Source of the DNA: Deltaproteobacteria bacterium
Lineage (GTDB): Bacteria > Desulfobacterota > Anaeroferrophillalia > Anaeroferrophillales > Tharpellaceae
Reading direction: 5' to 3'
NCBI GenBank assembly: GCA_016938065.1
Contig: JAFGVI010000124.1
Location: 2,199 to 66,198 of the forward strand
DNA length: 64,000 bases
Made by a program: the position numbers and the translations under genes. The notes beneath the pieces were generated by a model. It was not told the DNA's origin. It ran no database searches and worked only from the letters and a program-made list of their open reading frames with translations. This document shows positions 40,439 to 49,166 of this stretch, in pieces; position 1 is the first letter of the stretch, and the number at the start of each line of letters is the position of its first letter.

Positions 40439-42472
40439 CTACACCTTCAGACCGGCGGACAGCTGCTGCAGTCTCTGCCCCAGCTTATCGAGATCGGCAA
40501 TGGCCGATTCCAGCTGCCGGGCTCCTTCAACATTCTGCTGGCTGGCGCTCTTGATACTCTCCATGGCCTGAGCCACCTGATCCATACCGACCAGCTGCTG
40601 CTGACTGGAGGCCACAATCTGCACCGAGGCATCAGCTGACTCGCGACTCATATCGGCCATGGTATCGATCTCGATACCCGCTTTTTCCGTCTGCGCCACC
40701 CCTTTATCCACCGCTTTACCACCCCTTTCGGTCGCCATCACGACACTGCTCGTAGCTTTCTGAATATCACCGAGCAAACGCCGGATCTGCAGGGTTGCGG
40801 CTTTGGACTGATCGGCCAGAGCCTTGACCTCCATCGCGACCACGGCAAAACCCTTGCCGTGCTCACCGGCTTTGGCGGCCTCGATCGAAGCATTGACCGA
40901 CAGCATATTCGACTGGTCAGCAAAACTGCTGACGGTTTCAATAATCTCGCCGATGTTCTGATTCTGCTCACTGAGCTGAATAATGCCTTCGGCAATGGCG
41001 GCCACATCCTCCTTGATCTGATCCATGCCGGAAACCGCCGTGGCGGTTTCATTGCGGCCGCTTTCGGCGCGCAGCATGACCTGTTCCGCGAGATGGGCCA
41101 CCTGTTCCGCCTTTTCATACGAAAGATGTGAGGTCTGGCGAATCTCTTCCACAGTCGCCGCAATTTCGGTTACCGAGCTTGAACTCTGAGTCGATGAAGC
41201 AGCCAGTTCCGCCGTCGTGGCCGAAAGTTCGGCAATCGTCGCCGCAATCGTCGCCGCTCCTTCAATAATCTCAGAAGTCTGATCATGCAGCATGCCGGCC
41301 ATCCGGTTAAAAGCGTTGACCAGATCACCGATTTCATCACAGCGGTCGGTCCGGGGAACCTTCGCGGTCAGATCGCCGTCGGCCATGAGACGGACTTTGG
41401 CCATCAGCAGCTTCAACGGCAGAACGATGGATTTGCCTACAAGAAAAACCGTAAAGAGGGCCACAACCAGCAGCAGCGCCCCCAGCGCCTGAATATTGGT
41501 GACAAGCTCGGCTATCGGTTTAAACGCTTCCGCCGCGTCAATCTCGGAAACGATCCCCCATTCAAAGGGAAACCCGAATCTTTCATTCAATCCCAGATGG
41601 GAATAAGCCGACAGAACCTCAATCCCGCGATAGTCGGACATTGTTTCGACCCCGGAGTGATCGGAGAGGGCCTTTCTGGCCGCCAGAGAATCAACCTTCT
41701 GGCGCAGCAGCGCCTGAGGGTTGAAGCGCGAATCAGAGCGCATCAGCTGATCGGAACCAACCAGATAGCTCTTGCCGCTGACCCCCATGCCGGTTGCCGA
41801 GCAGACTATATGGTCAAGCTGCGAACCATCCAGCATAATCGCCATAATCGCCTTGATATCACCCTCTTCTCCCAGAATCGGCGTCCCCATGAAGGCCGCG
41901 GCCTGCCCGATGGGCGCATACTCGGAAAAATCGAGCATTACAAACTTGCCGGACTCCGCAATCGCCCCCCACAAACGGGCCAGTCCGCTCCCTTTATAAG
42001 GTCCCTTTTCGAGATTACTACCAAGATCGGGCCCCTGATTAACCGAATACATGACATGGCCATGTTCCCGACAGATGATATAGACATCTCTGAAACCGTA
42101 AGTCGCTTTATAATCCTTGAAAAATGAACCGATCCGCTCGTGAATATCATGATAGGCTTCGGTGTCGACCGCAAACGATCCGTCCGCCCGGCCGCCGCCA
42201 TTATCATGATACTGCTGAAGAACAGTATAGGTCTGCCTGACATCACGGGATGAAGCCAGGAGCTGACAGTTCAATCTAAGACTTTCCAGATATTTCCAGA
42301 CCTGCTCCTTTTTGATCTCGTTGATCGCCTCCAGGCTGGAAAAACTGGCCGAGCGCAGAGCATCGCGGGCATTCTGCGACGAAAGCCAGGCCAGAGCCAC
42401 CACCGGAATGACCACGACAAACAAAAAAAGCAGCATCAATTTCTTCAACAGACTGTCGCTAAAAAACTTCAT
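40439..42472 (-). CDS. Methyl-accepting chemotaxis protein (Cache-HAMP-MA; WspA-like)
   Basis: Two TMs; HAMP DEIGDL; NASIEAAKAGEHGKGFAVVA. ATG 42472 follows a GAGGG RBS (ORF track TTG 42478). Confidence 0.93.
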   Translation of the reverse strand: MKFFSDSLLKKLMLLFLFVVVIPVVALAWLSSQNARDALRSASFSSLEAINEIKKEQVWKYLESLRLNCQLLASSRDVRQTYTVLQQYHDNGGGRADGSFAVDTEAYHDIHERIGSFFKDYKATYGFRDVYIICREHGHVMYSVNQGPDLGSNLEKGPYKGSGLARLWGAIAESGKFVMLDFSEYAPIGQAAAFMGTPILGEEGDIKAIMAIMLDGSQLDHIVCSATGMGVSGKSYLVGSDQLMRSDSRFNPQALLRQKVDSLAARKALSDHSGVETMSDYRGIEVLSAYSHLGLNERFGFPFEWGIVSEIDAAEAFKPIAELVTNIQALGALLLVVALFTVFLVGKSIVLPLKLLMAKVRLMADGDLTAKVPRTDRCDEIGDLVNAFNRMAGMLHDQTSEIIEGAATIAATIAELSATTAELAASSTQSSSSVTEIAATVEEIRQTSHLSYEKAEQVAHLAEQVMLRAESGRNETATAVSGMDQIKEDVAAIAEGIIQLSEQNQNIGEIIETVSSFADQSNMLSVNASIEAAKAGEHGKGFAVVAMEVKALADQSKAATLQIRRLLGDIQKATSSVVMATERGGKAVDKGVAQTEKAGIEIDTMADMSRESADASVQIVASSQQQLVGMDQVAQAMESIKSASQQNVEGARQLESAIADLDKLGQRLQQLSAGLKV

Positions 42473-42484
42473 AATCAACCCTCA

Positions 42485-43132
42485 TCATTGAACAGCTATT
42501 TTTTTATCCGTCAGCAGTTTTTCCGCATCAAGCAGCACCAGACGATCTGCGGTTACCCCCTTGAAATATTCAGCCTGCACCCCCGCCAGGGTCGGCAGAC
42601 GGGCCTGCAGCTCCGCGCCCGGCAGACTTCGGACGCCCACCAGACGGTCAATCAGAACCGCAAACTCCATCTCCCGGGAAGCCAGCACCAGCAAACGGGA
42701 CTCGGCCGCGACCGTTTCCGAGAGGCCCGGCAGGCCCAGAAATTGACCAAGATCGATAACCGAACAGATGCGGCTGCGCAGATTAACAATCCCCTTGACA
42801 AAAGCCGGTGTTCCGGGAATCTGCGTGATCTCGCCGACGTGGCAGACCTCACGCACCCAGGGCAAAGGGAAAGCGTAATGCGCCGGCCCCAGCGTAAACT
42901 CTAAAATTTCAAGCAGCTCTCCGGCCACGACCGGAGCCGCGGCGGGGCTGAGCTGCCGGGCCCGCGCCGTAAGAACGGCCCGCACCTCGTCCGCCGTCAG
43001 CGGCGGTTTCTCCGCCGCCAGCTCCTGCCGCCGCGCCAGCTCTTCAAGCAGCTCGGAGAGGGATCTGGACGGTGGCGCTTTCGGAAAAACCTTAGTGGCG
43101 GCCGCATCGGTCTTTTTAGGTTCCATCCGCAA
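42485..43132 (-). CDS. cheW: CheW coupling protein (WspD-like)
   Basis: VLTARARQL N-extension; IPGTPAFVKGIVNLRS-x-I-x2-VIDL. Confidence 0.9.
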   Translation of the reverse strand: MRMEPKKTDAAATKVFPKAPPSRSLSELLEELARRQELAAEKPPLTADEVRAVLTARARQLSPAAAPVVAGELLEILEFTLGPAHYAFPLPWVREVCHVGEITQIPGTPAFVKGIVNLRSRICSVIDLGQFLGLPGLSETVAAESRLLVLASREMEFAVLIDRLVGVRSLPGAELQARLPTLAGVQAEYFKGVTADRLVLLDAEKLLTDKKIAVQ

Positions 43133-43173
43133 AACTTTCCCTTGATCAATGGTTCAGATTCGGACTTTCATAA

Positions 43174-44769
43174 TCAGGCTTTCAGGGCCAGGCTTCTGCT
43201 GATTTCAAGCAAACGCCCCGCGCTCAAGCCCTCGCCGCAGGGCACAGGCACATCGCTCTCTGTCCCCTGCAACAGTTCAATCACCCGCTGCAGATGCCGG
43301 GATGCCCCCTTAAGCTGCAACTGAAGGAGCAGTGACCCCAGAGAAAAATGGGCCATGACAAAATCAGCCTCCAGAAAAAGCGCCTGACGATAAAAGGTCA
43401 GCGCCTCCTCAAAAACAGCCCGCTCCTGCGCAATAATCGCCGAAAGGTAGTAAAGAAAAGGATTCACCTTGTCGGCGGCCACCGCCAGCCCGGCGCAAGC
43501 CGCAGCCTCTTCCAGCTCGCCCAGGTTGGCCAGGGAGCGGGCTCTGAAAGCCATCAGCCGGGCCAACTCAGAGCCCGTCTGATGGGAGCGGGTCAACTCT
43601 TCCGGAATCAGCTCAACGACTTCCCGATACATCTCCCGGCGAAAAAAAGCTTCGGCCTGCAGCCTGAGATCGTGCAGATAATTGTCCGACCGGGAATCGT
43701 CCGCCGCCTTTTCCACCGGCCCCGCCGCAAGCTCTCTTTTACCACCCGGGTCGACGGACGACCGGTAAAAGGGGGCCCGACCCGATTTTTTTTCGGCCAG
43801 GATCCCAGAACCGCGGGCAAGAGTGGCGCATTTTTCCGCGGCGCTCGACGGCGCACTCCGCAAACCAAAACCGAGAGAAACAGATTTCGGCTTGCCGGAA
43901 AGAGACTGCAGCCCGGCCAGTTTCCGATGAACAATAACCCCGGGAAAGCTCACCGGAACCAGTTCCGGATGATCCACCACTCCGAGTTCACTGGGCGAAA
44001 CCAGCAGCCAGCCCCCCGGCTGCAGCAGGGCGACCAGACGTTTAATCACCCGGGCCTGAAGTTCAGCCGAAAAATAGATCAGAACATTGCGACAGAAAAT
44101 GATATCAGCGAGCCGCCCGGTAAGACCGGGCATGACAAACTCGTGTTCCGCCAGGTTAAGCTGATAAAAAGAGACCATCTCCCGAATCTGCCGGGCCAGA
44201 AGAAAACGATTGCCGCCGAGGTCGGTAAAATAGTGCCGCTGTACCTCCTCCGGCGTGGCCCGCAGCGACCAGCGGGAATAGACACCCTGTCGCGCCCTTG
44301 CAATAACCTCGGGATTAATATCGCTGGCACTGAATTTTATCTGCCAGCCATCAAACAGTCTCTTTTTTTCATCGAGCAGCATCGCCACGGAGTAGGGCTC
44401 CTCGCCGCTGGAGGAGGCCGCACACCAGAGATCCAGACGCCGCTCGCCCCGGTTCTGCTCGAGCAGAGCCGGCAGAATATGGTTCCTGAGCGCCGTAAAA
44501 ACCTGTTTGTCGCGCAAAAAATAGGTTTCCCCGACCGTCAGGCGGGCGATCAAGCGATTCAGGTGCGCGGCACTGAGCGGCGAATTCAGCAGTTCCTCGA
44601 GCAAGGCCCGGGGCCCGTCCAGTTTAAGCTCCACCGCCAGCTCTTCAATAACCCGCTGCAGCGTCTCCCATTTGCGCCGCGGGAAATCGAGCCCGATACG
44701 CTCGCCCAGAAGTCGGCTCAAGGCTTCGATCTGCGGTAAAATTTCAGGAGAAGTTACGCTGCGGCTCAT
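43174..44769 (-). CDS. cheR: CheR methyltransferase with TPR (WspC-like)
   Basis: TVGETYFLRD, SSGEEPYS and IFCRNVLIYF; C-terminal TPR. Confidence 0.93.
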   Translation of the reverse strand: MSRSVTSPEILPQIEALSRLLGERIGLDFPRRKWETLQRVIEELAVELKLDGPRALLEELLNSPLSAAHLNRLIARLTVGETYFLRDKQVFTALRNHILPALLEQNRGERRLDLWCAASSSGEEPYSVAMLLDEKKRLFDGWQIKFSASDINPEVIARARQGVYSRWSLRATPEEVQRHYFTDLGGNRFLLARQIREMVSFYQLNLAEHEFVMPGLTGRLADIIFCRNVLIYFSAELQARVIKRLVALLQPGGWLLVSPSELGVVDHPELVPVSFPGVIVHRKLAGLQSLSGKPKSVSLGFGLRSAPSSAAEKCATLARGSGILAEKKSGRAPFYRSSVDPGGKRELAAGPVEKAADDSRSDNYLHDLRLQAEAFFRREMYREVVELIPEELTRSHQTGSELARLMAFRARSLANLGELEEAAACAGLAVAADKVNPFLYYLSAIIAQERAVFEEALTFYRQALFLEADFVMAHFSLGSLLLQLQLKGASRHLQRVIELLQGTESDVPVPCGEGLSAGRLLEISRSLALKA

Positions 44770-45230
44770 TTCGGCGAAGTCGCAACCTCAATCAGTGCCG
44801 CAAAATCCTGCTCCGCAAAAAGGCGCTCCAGGGTATAGATCCAGACGGTATGGCCTTCAAGTTCACCTACCCAGGTGACATAAGCCGCCATTTCGGGATA
44901 GATCGAACCGCTGGCACGAAGCTCCTCATCGGCAAAAGTATAGACCCCGACCACCGCATCGACAAAAAAAGCGATTTCGCCCTCGGGGCTTGAAGCAACC
45001 ACCAGAGCGTCATCCGGCACCACTTCCCGGCTCGGCAAACGCAACCGTAAACGCAGATCCAGCACCGGAATATTGTTTCCTGCAACCTTAAAGAGACCGA
45101 GCAGGATTTCCGGCCCGGCCTCGAGCTCGGCCAGGGCCACCGCCGGATAAACCCGCACGACCTCGGCCAAAGCCAGGCCGAAACGGTGACCCTCCAGGGT
45201 AAACACAAGAAATTTCGACTCTTTATCCAT
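44766..45230 (-). CDS. cheW: CheW coupling protein (WspB-like)
   Basis: FLVFTL, IPVLDLRLRL and FVDAV-x-GV. Confidence 0.85.
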   Translation of the reverse strand: MDKESKFLVFTLEGHRFGLALAEVVRVYPAVALAELEAGPEILLGLFKVAGNNIPVLDLRLRLRLPSREVVPDDALVVASSPEGEIAFFVDAVVGVYTFADEELRASGSIYPEMAAYVTWVGELEGHTVWIYTLERLFAEQDFAALIEVATSPK

Positions 45231-45254
45231 TGGCAGGGAAGGTTCCCACAGCTC

Positions 45255-46379
45255 TTATTGGGGCAGATTATGATAACGATGACAGCACTGATCCAGCCAG
45301 TGACTCAACTCCTGATTGTCAACCGGAGCGAAACCGAAGGTGTCGCGCCACAGATATTGATCTTCCATACAAAAATAGATAAAAACGTTGGGGGCATAGA
45401 GCTTGATCTGATTGACTAAAAAACGGTAAAGCTGCCGCCGGATAGCGCTGAAATAGCGCTGTTTGCCGTCAATCCCGCGAATAAACTCACCCGCCGTAAT
45501 ATTGGTGCGGGGGTGATTGTCGCGCAAGACCTCTTTAACCTGCGGCATAAAGCGAAAAGCGCCGATCGAAATCCAGATAATATCGTCACCTTTGAGATAT
45601 TCAAAAATAGCGGCAACCGTCTGCTGATACTCCTCCTCCCAACCGGGGAAATAGAGGAGCGGATCGAAATGGAGACCGATGCGATAGCCGCGCTGCCGGC
45701 ATAAGGCTGCTGCCTGCAGACGCTCAACTATGGTCGCGGCATGGCCCTCCTCCCGGGCACAGACTGAAGGAGCATTCATACTCCAGGAGACCACGGTTTC
45801 ACCGATTTCGCCGGCATAATCAAGCAGGCCGGCAATCGCCACACTCTTGGTTTTCAATTCGAGTATCGCATTCTGAGCCCGCCCGAAATAGTCAAGCAGC
45901 CGGGTTGCCAGACCGGTCAGCGGGTCCATGAAAAGGCTGTCGGTAAACTCACCGGTGCCGATCCGGTAAAAAACCCCGGGGCGGGCCAACTCGCGATCAA
46001 GCTCGGCCAGAGCATCGTCCAGATTGACAAACTGGGTAATAAAAGGATTGTTGAGATAGCCCTGCAGCACGCAATAGCTGCAGCCGATGTTACAACCCAA
46101 ACCGAGATGGAGAATCTGATAGAGACAGCAGCGATAACTCTCGGCCGTCCCCGGACAGGCCTTTAAAAAACGGCCGCGATGCAGAGCCAGCAAAAGGGTG
46201 GTTCTGGGACTGAACCGGCGCCCTAAAAGGCTTAAGTTTTCACTGGTCGGTCTAGTAACGGCAATTACTTCCGCCTCAGGCAGACGGCTCAGAATCGACT
46301 GAGTCAGAGGATAAGTCGCGGCCTCATCCTCGACCAGCACCGTCGTCGGCCGAAAAAGCGAACGCGAATAATCAACCAC
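45255..46379 (-). CDS. Spore photoproduct lyase-like radical SAM protein
   Basis: CNIGCSYC cluster motif; GEFTDSL, ELKTKS, HFDP and YFCME; GTG start overlapping the upstream stop. Confidence 0.85.
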   Translation of the reverse strand: MVDYSRSLFRPTTVLVEDEAATYPLTQSILSRLPEAEVIAVTRPTSENLSLLGRRFSPRTTLLLALHRGRFLKACPGTAESYRCCLYQILHLGLGCNIGCSYCVLQGYLNNPFITQFVNLDDALAELDRELARPGVFYRIGTGEFTDSLFMDPLTGLATRLLDYFGRAQNAILELKTKSVAIAGLLDYAGEIGETVVSWSMNAPSVCAREEGHAATIVERLQAAALCRQRGYRIGLHFDPLLYFPGWEEEYQQTVAAIFEYLKGDDIIWISIGAFRFMPQVKEVLRDNHPRTNITAGEFIRGIDGKQRYFSAIRRQLYRFLVNQIKLYAPNVFIYFCMEDQYLWRDTFGFAPVDNQELSHWLDQCCHRYHNLPQ

Positions 46380-47385
46380 GGCGACAGAGTTCCTCGATAT
46401 CTTCCCGGGCTGTCGCAGTTAACCGGTCACAGGCTCTGGCCCACTCCTGCGCATCCGTAAAGGTAAAACTCAAACGGAACCGCCCCCCCTCGAAATCGGG
46501 CGGCGGCTCCAGGCACAGGCCGGCGGGCCAGGCAAATTTCGCCTGACGGCGGGCAAACTCAAGCTGGGCGGCACTCAGATGAGGATAGAGCAGCGTTTTA
46601 AGATATTGTCGTAAACCTTCGACCCCGCCGGACTCGCCCTCGGCCGCAACCCCTTTGCGGACAGCCTGCAGAAAAACCAGCGGTGAACAGCGATCGCGCC
46701 GGGCCAGATCATCCATGCGGCTGACGACCTCGCGCAATTTATTGCGGCGCAAGCCGAAATCGGCAAGAATCTCCAGCAGGATTGTTTGCGCCGCTTCCGG
46801 CCACTCACGCAGCAGGTCGACCGTCTCTCCGTCGACAATGCCGGCCGCGACCAGATCACGCAGCTCCCGGGAGAAGCCGGCCAACGCCTGACAGCGCTGC
46901 TGAAAACGCGAGCGCAGCGGCAGTTTCAGGGCCGGCATGATCTCCTGTTCCACCTCAGCCCGGCTGAAAAGCGACAAAGCAGCAGTATAGATATCGGCAA
47001 CCTCGACCGGATTGAACTCGCGGATAGCCAGATTGTCCCAGAGCGCCCGCCGGAAAAGTTCCTGAGCGCTGATCTTTGCGGAGGCCAGGCAGACTTCGAG
47101 GCCGGAGGTGCGGCCGCAACCCTGACGCAACACCTGGTTGCGAAGCACCTCCAGACGCCTGCGGCCGCAGACAATTTTATAACCGTTCTCCCCGGCCTTC
47201 AGCAGCGGCGGCTGCAAAAGTCCGACTTTAGCTATGGAAGCTGACAGAGAATCCGGCAGGAGCCCGTACGAGAAGGGAAAAGTCCGATCCGCAAAATCAA
47301 TTGCGGACAACAGACAAGTATCGCTCATCAAATCATTCATGAATAAAGATTTTTTCACCGTAATGTGGTCTTGCGACTGTAGCAT
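46372..47385 (-). CDS. ParB/Sulfiredoxin N-terminal domain protein
   Basis: SIAKVGLLQPP and IVCGRRRL (ParB box II-like), DN-x3-R-x-FNPVE; the start may be 47340 or 47328. Confidence 0.78.
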   Translation of the reverse strand: MLQSQDHITVKKSLFMNDLMSDTCLLSAIDFADRTFPFSYGLLPDSLSASIAKVGLLQPPLLKAGENGYKIVCGRRRLEVLRNQVLRQGCGRTSGLEVCLASAKISAQELFRRALWDNLAIREFNPVEVADIYTAALSLFSRAEVEQEIMPALKLPLRSRFQQRCQALAGFSRELRDLVAAGIVDGETVDLLREWPEAAQTILLEILADFGLRRNKLREVVSRMDDLARRDRCSPLVFLQAVRKGVAAEGESGGVEGLRQYLKTLLYPHLSAAQLEFARRQAKFAWPAGLCLEPPPDFEGGRFRLSFTFTDAQEWARACDRLTATAREDIEELCRRG

Positions 47386-48992
47386 TGACCGCCTTCGAGG
47401 ACCGTGTCAACCAGCCAGCGATCATCATCGCGTTCGGGATAATCGATGTTATAATGCAATCCCCGGCTCTCTTTGCGATACAGGGCAGAGGTAATAATAA
47501 GGTCGGCGACCACGGCGATATTACGCAGTTCCAGAAGATCCACCGAAAGGGCCTGATCCCAGTAGAACTCGTGCAGTTCATGGGCCAGGGAATCAATCCG
47601 GCGTTTGGCTCTCAAGAGACGTTTATGGGAGCGGACGATGCCGACATAGTTCCACATAAAACGACGGATCTCATCCCAGTTCTGAGTGATTACCACGTTT
47701 TCATCAGGATCATTACTATGCGTATAGCGCCACTCCGGAAACTCCGGCAGATGCAGGGATTTACGGGCATGCTCTTTTTTGATATCCGCCGCGGCGAGCG
47801 AACTGTAGACCACCGCTTCGAGCAGTGAATTACTGGCCAGACGGTTGGCCCCATGCAGACCGGTACAGGCGACCTCGCCGGAGGCGTAAAGTCCCGGCAA
47901 GGAGGTGCGGCCCCGCTTATCCACCTGCACCCCGCCGCAGAGATAGTGGGCCGCAGGCACCACCGGAATCGGCTCCAAGGTGATGTCAATCCCGAGCTTG
48001 AGGCAGGTGGAATAGATCAGCGGGAATCGATGCCTGATAAAATCGGCCGGCTTGAAACTTATATCGAGGAAAACGCAGTCGTCGCCGCCGGTTTTCATCT
48101 CATAATCGATCGCCCGCGCCACAATATCCCGGGGCGCAAGTTCCCGGCGTTCATCGTAAGCAGCCATGAAAGAGGAGCCGTCTTTGAGTTTCAGGATCGC
48201 GCCTTCCCCGCGCACCGCTTCGGAGATAAGAAAATTTTTCACCGCCGGATGATAGAGACAGGTGGGATGAAACTGGAAAAACTCCATATTGGCGACCCGG
48301 GCCCCGGCCCGATGGGCCATGGCGACCCCGTCTCCGGTCGCAATGTCGGGATTGGTTGTATAAAGGTAAACTTTACCGGCACCGCCCGAGGCCAGCACCG
48401 TCGCCCCGGCAACAAAGGCATGCACCCGACCGCTGGCCCGCTCCAGCGCGTAAGTCCCCCAGCAGTAATCATCCTGAAGAGTGCTGCCGAGCCATTTATG
48501 CGCCGTCAGCAGATCAATCGCCGCCATATCCTCCCAGATAACAATATTTTTATGCTCCCGGCAGCTCGCCACCAGCACCGCCTCGATCTCACGCCCGGTC
48601 CAGTCGGCGGCATGAAGAATCCGGCGGCAGGAGTGGCCCCCTTCCCGGGCCAGATCATAACCGGTCTCAGACGCCGGATTACGGCTGAAAGAGACCCCGA
48701 GAGCAATCAGCTCCTGCAGACATTCCGGGCCTTTTCTGACCACCAGATCAACGACCTCACGATGCCCAAGCCCGGCCCCGGCCCGCATGGTATCCTCAAC
48801 ATGCGCGGCAAAAGTGTCGCTCTGGTCCAGCACCGCGGCAATCCCGCCCTGGGCCAGATTGGTGTTGGTATCGGTCTCTTTTTTCTTGGTGATGAGATGA
48901 ACGAGACCCACCTCCGCCAGCTGCAGAGCGATGAAAAGCCCGGCAATGCCACTGCCCAGAATTAGAAAATCACTTTTATGAAAAGTAGTCAT
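47355..48992 (-). CDS. nadB: L-aspartate oxidase
   Basis: GSGIAG, AQGGIAA, EGGHS, QFHPT, SEAVRGEG, HGANRLASNSLLE and ESRGLH. Confidence 0.96.
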   Translation of the reverse strand: MTTFHKSDFLILGSGIAGLFIALQLAEVGLVHLITKKKETDTNTNLAQGGIAAVLDQSDTFAAHVEDTMRAGAGLGHREVVDLVVRKGPECLQELIALGVSFSRNPASETGYDLAREGGHSCRRILHAADWTGREIEAVLVASCREHKNIVIWEDMAAIDLLTAHKWLGSTLQDDYCWGTYALERASGRVHAFVAGATVLASGGAGKVYLYTTNPDIATGDGVAMAHRAGARVANMEFFQFHPTCLYHPAVKNFLISEAVRGEGAILKLKDGSSFMAAYDERRELAPRDIVARAIDYEMKTGGDDCVFLDISFKPADFIRHRFPLIYSTCLKLGIDITLEPIPVVPAAHYLCGGVQVDKRGRTSLPGLYASGEVACTGLHGANRLASNSLLEAVVYSSLAAADIKKEHARKSLHLPEFPEWRYTHSNDPDENVVITQNWDEIRRFMWNYVGIVRSHKRLLRAKRRIDSLAHELHEFYWDQALSVDLLELRNIAVVADLIITSALYRKESRGLHYNIDYPERDDDRWLVDTVLEGGQCYSRKTTLR

Positions 48993-49166
48993 ACGCCTGC
49001 TATAGCATAAAATTCGCCGCCATGAAAGCAGTAAGCTTGAAGGCTGCTGATAAAAATAGGGGTTGACTCTAACACATGATTGTGTTTTTTAGACGGCTAT
49101 CGGCAGAAAGCTATCAGGTTAATCCGACAACGGCGTCCTTCAGACATCAGACTGTGGAGATCCACC

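Noticed and set aside
46372-47385. Chromosome or plasmid partition locus
   Set aside because: There is no parA, no parS-like palindrome noticed and no replication genes; similarity is limited to the N-terminal domain.
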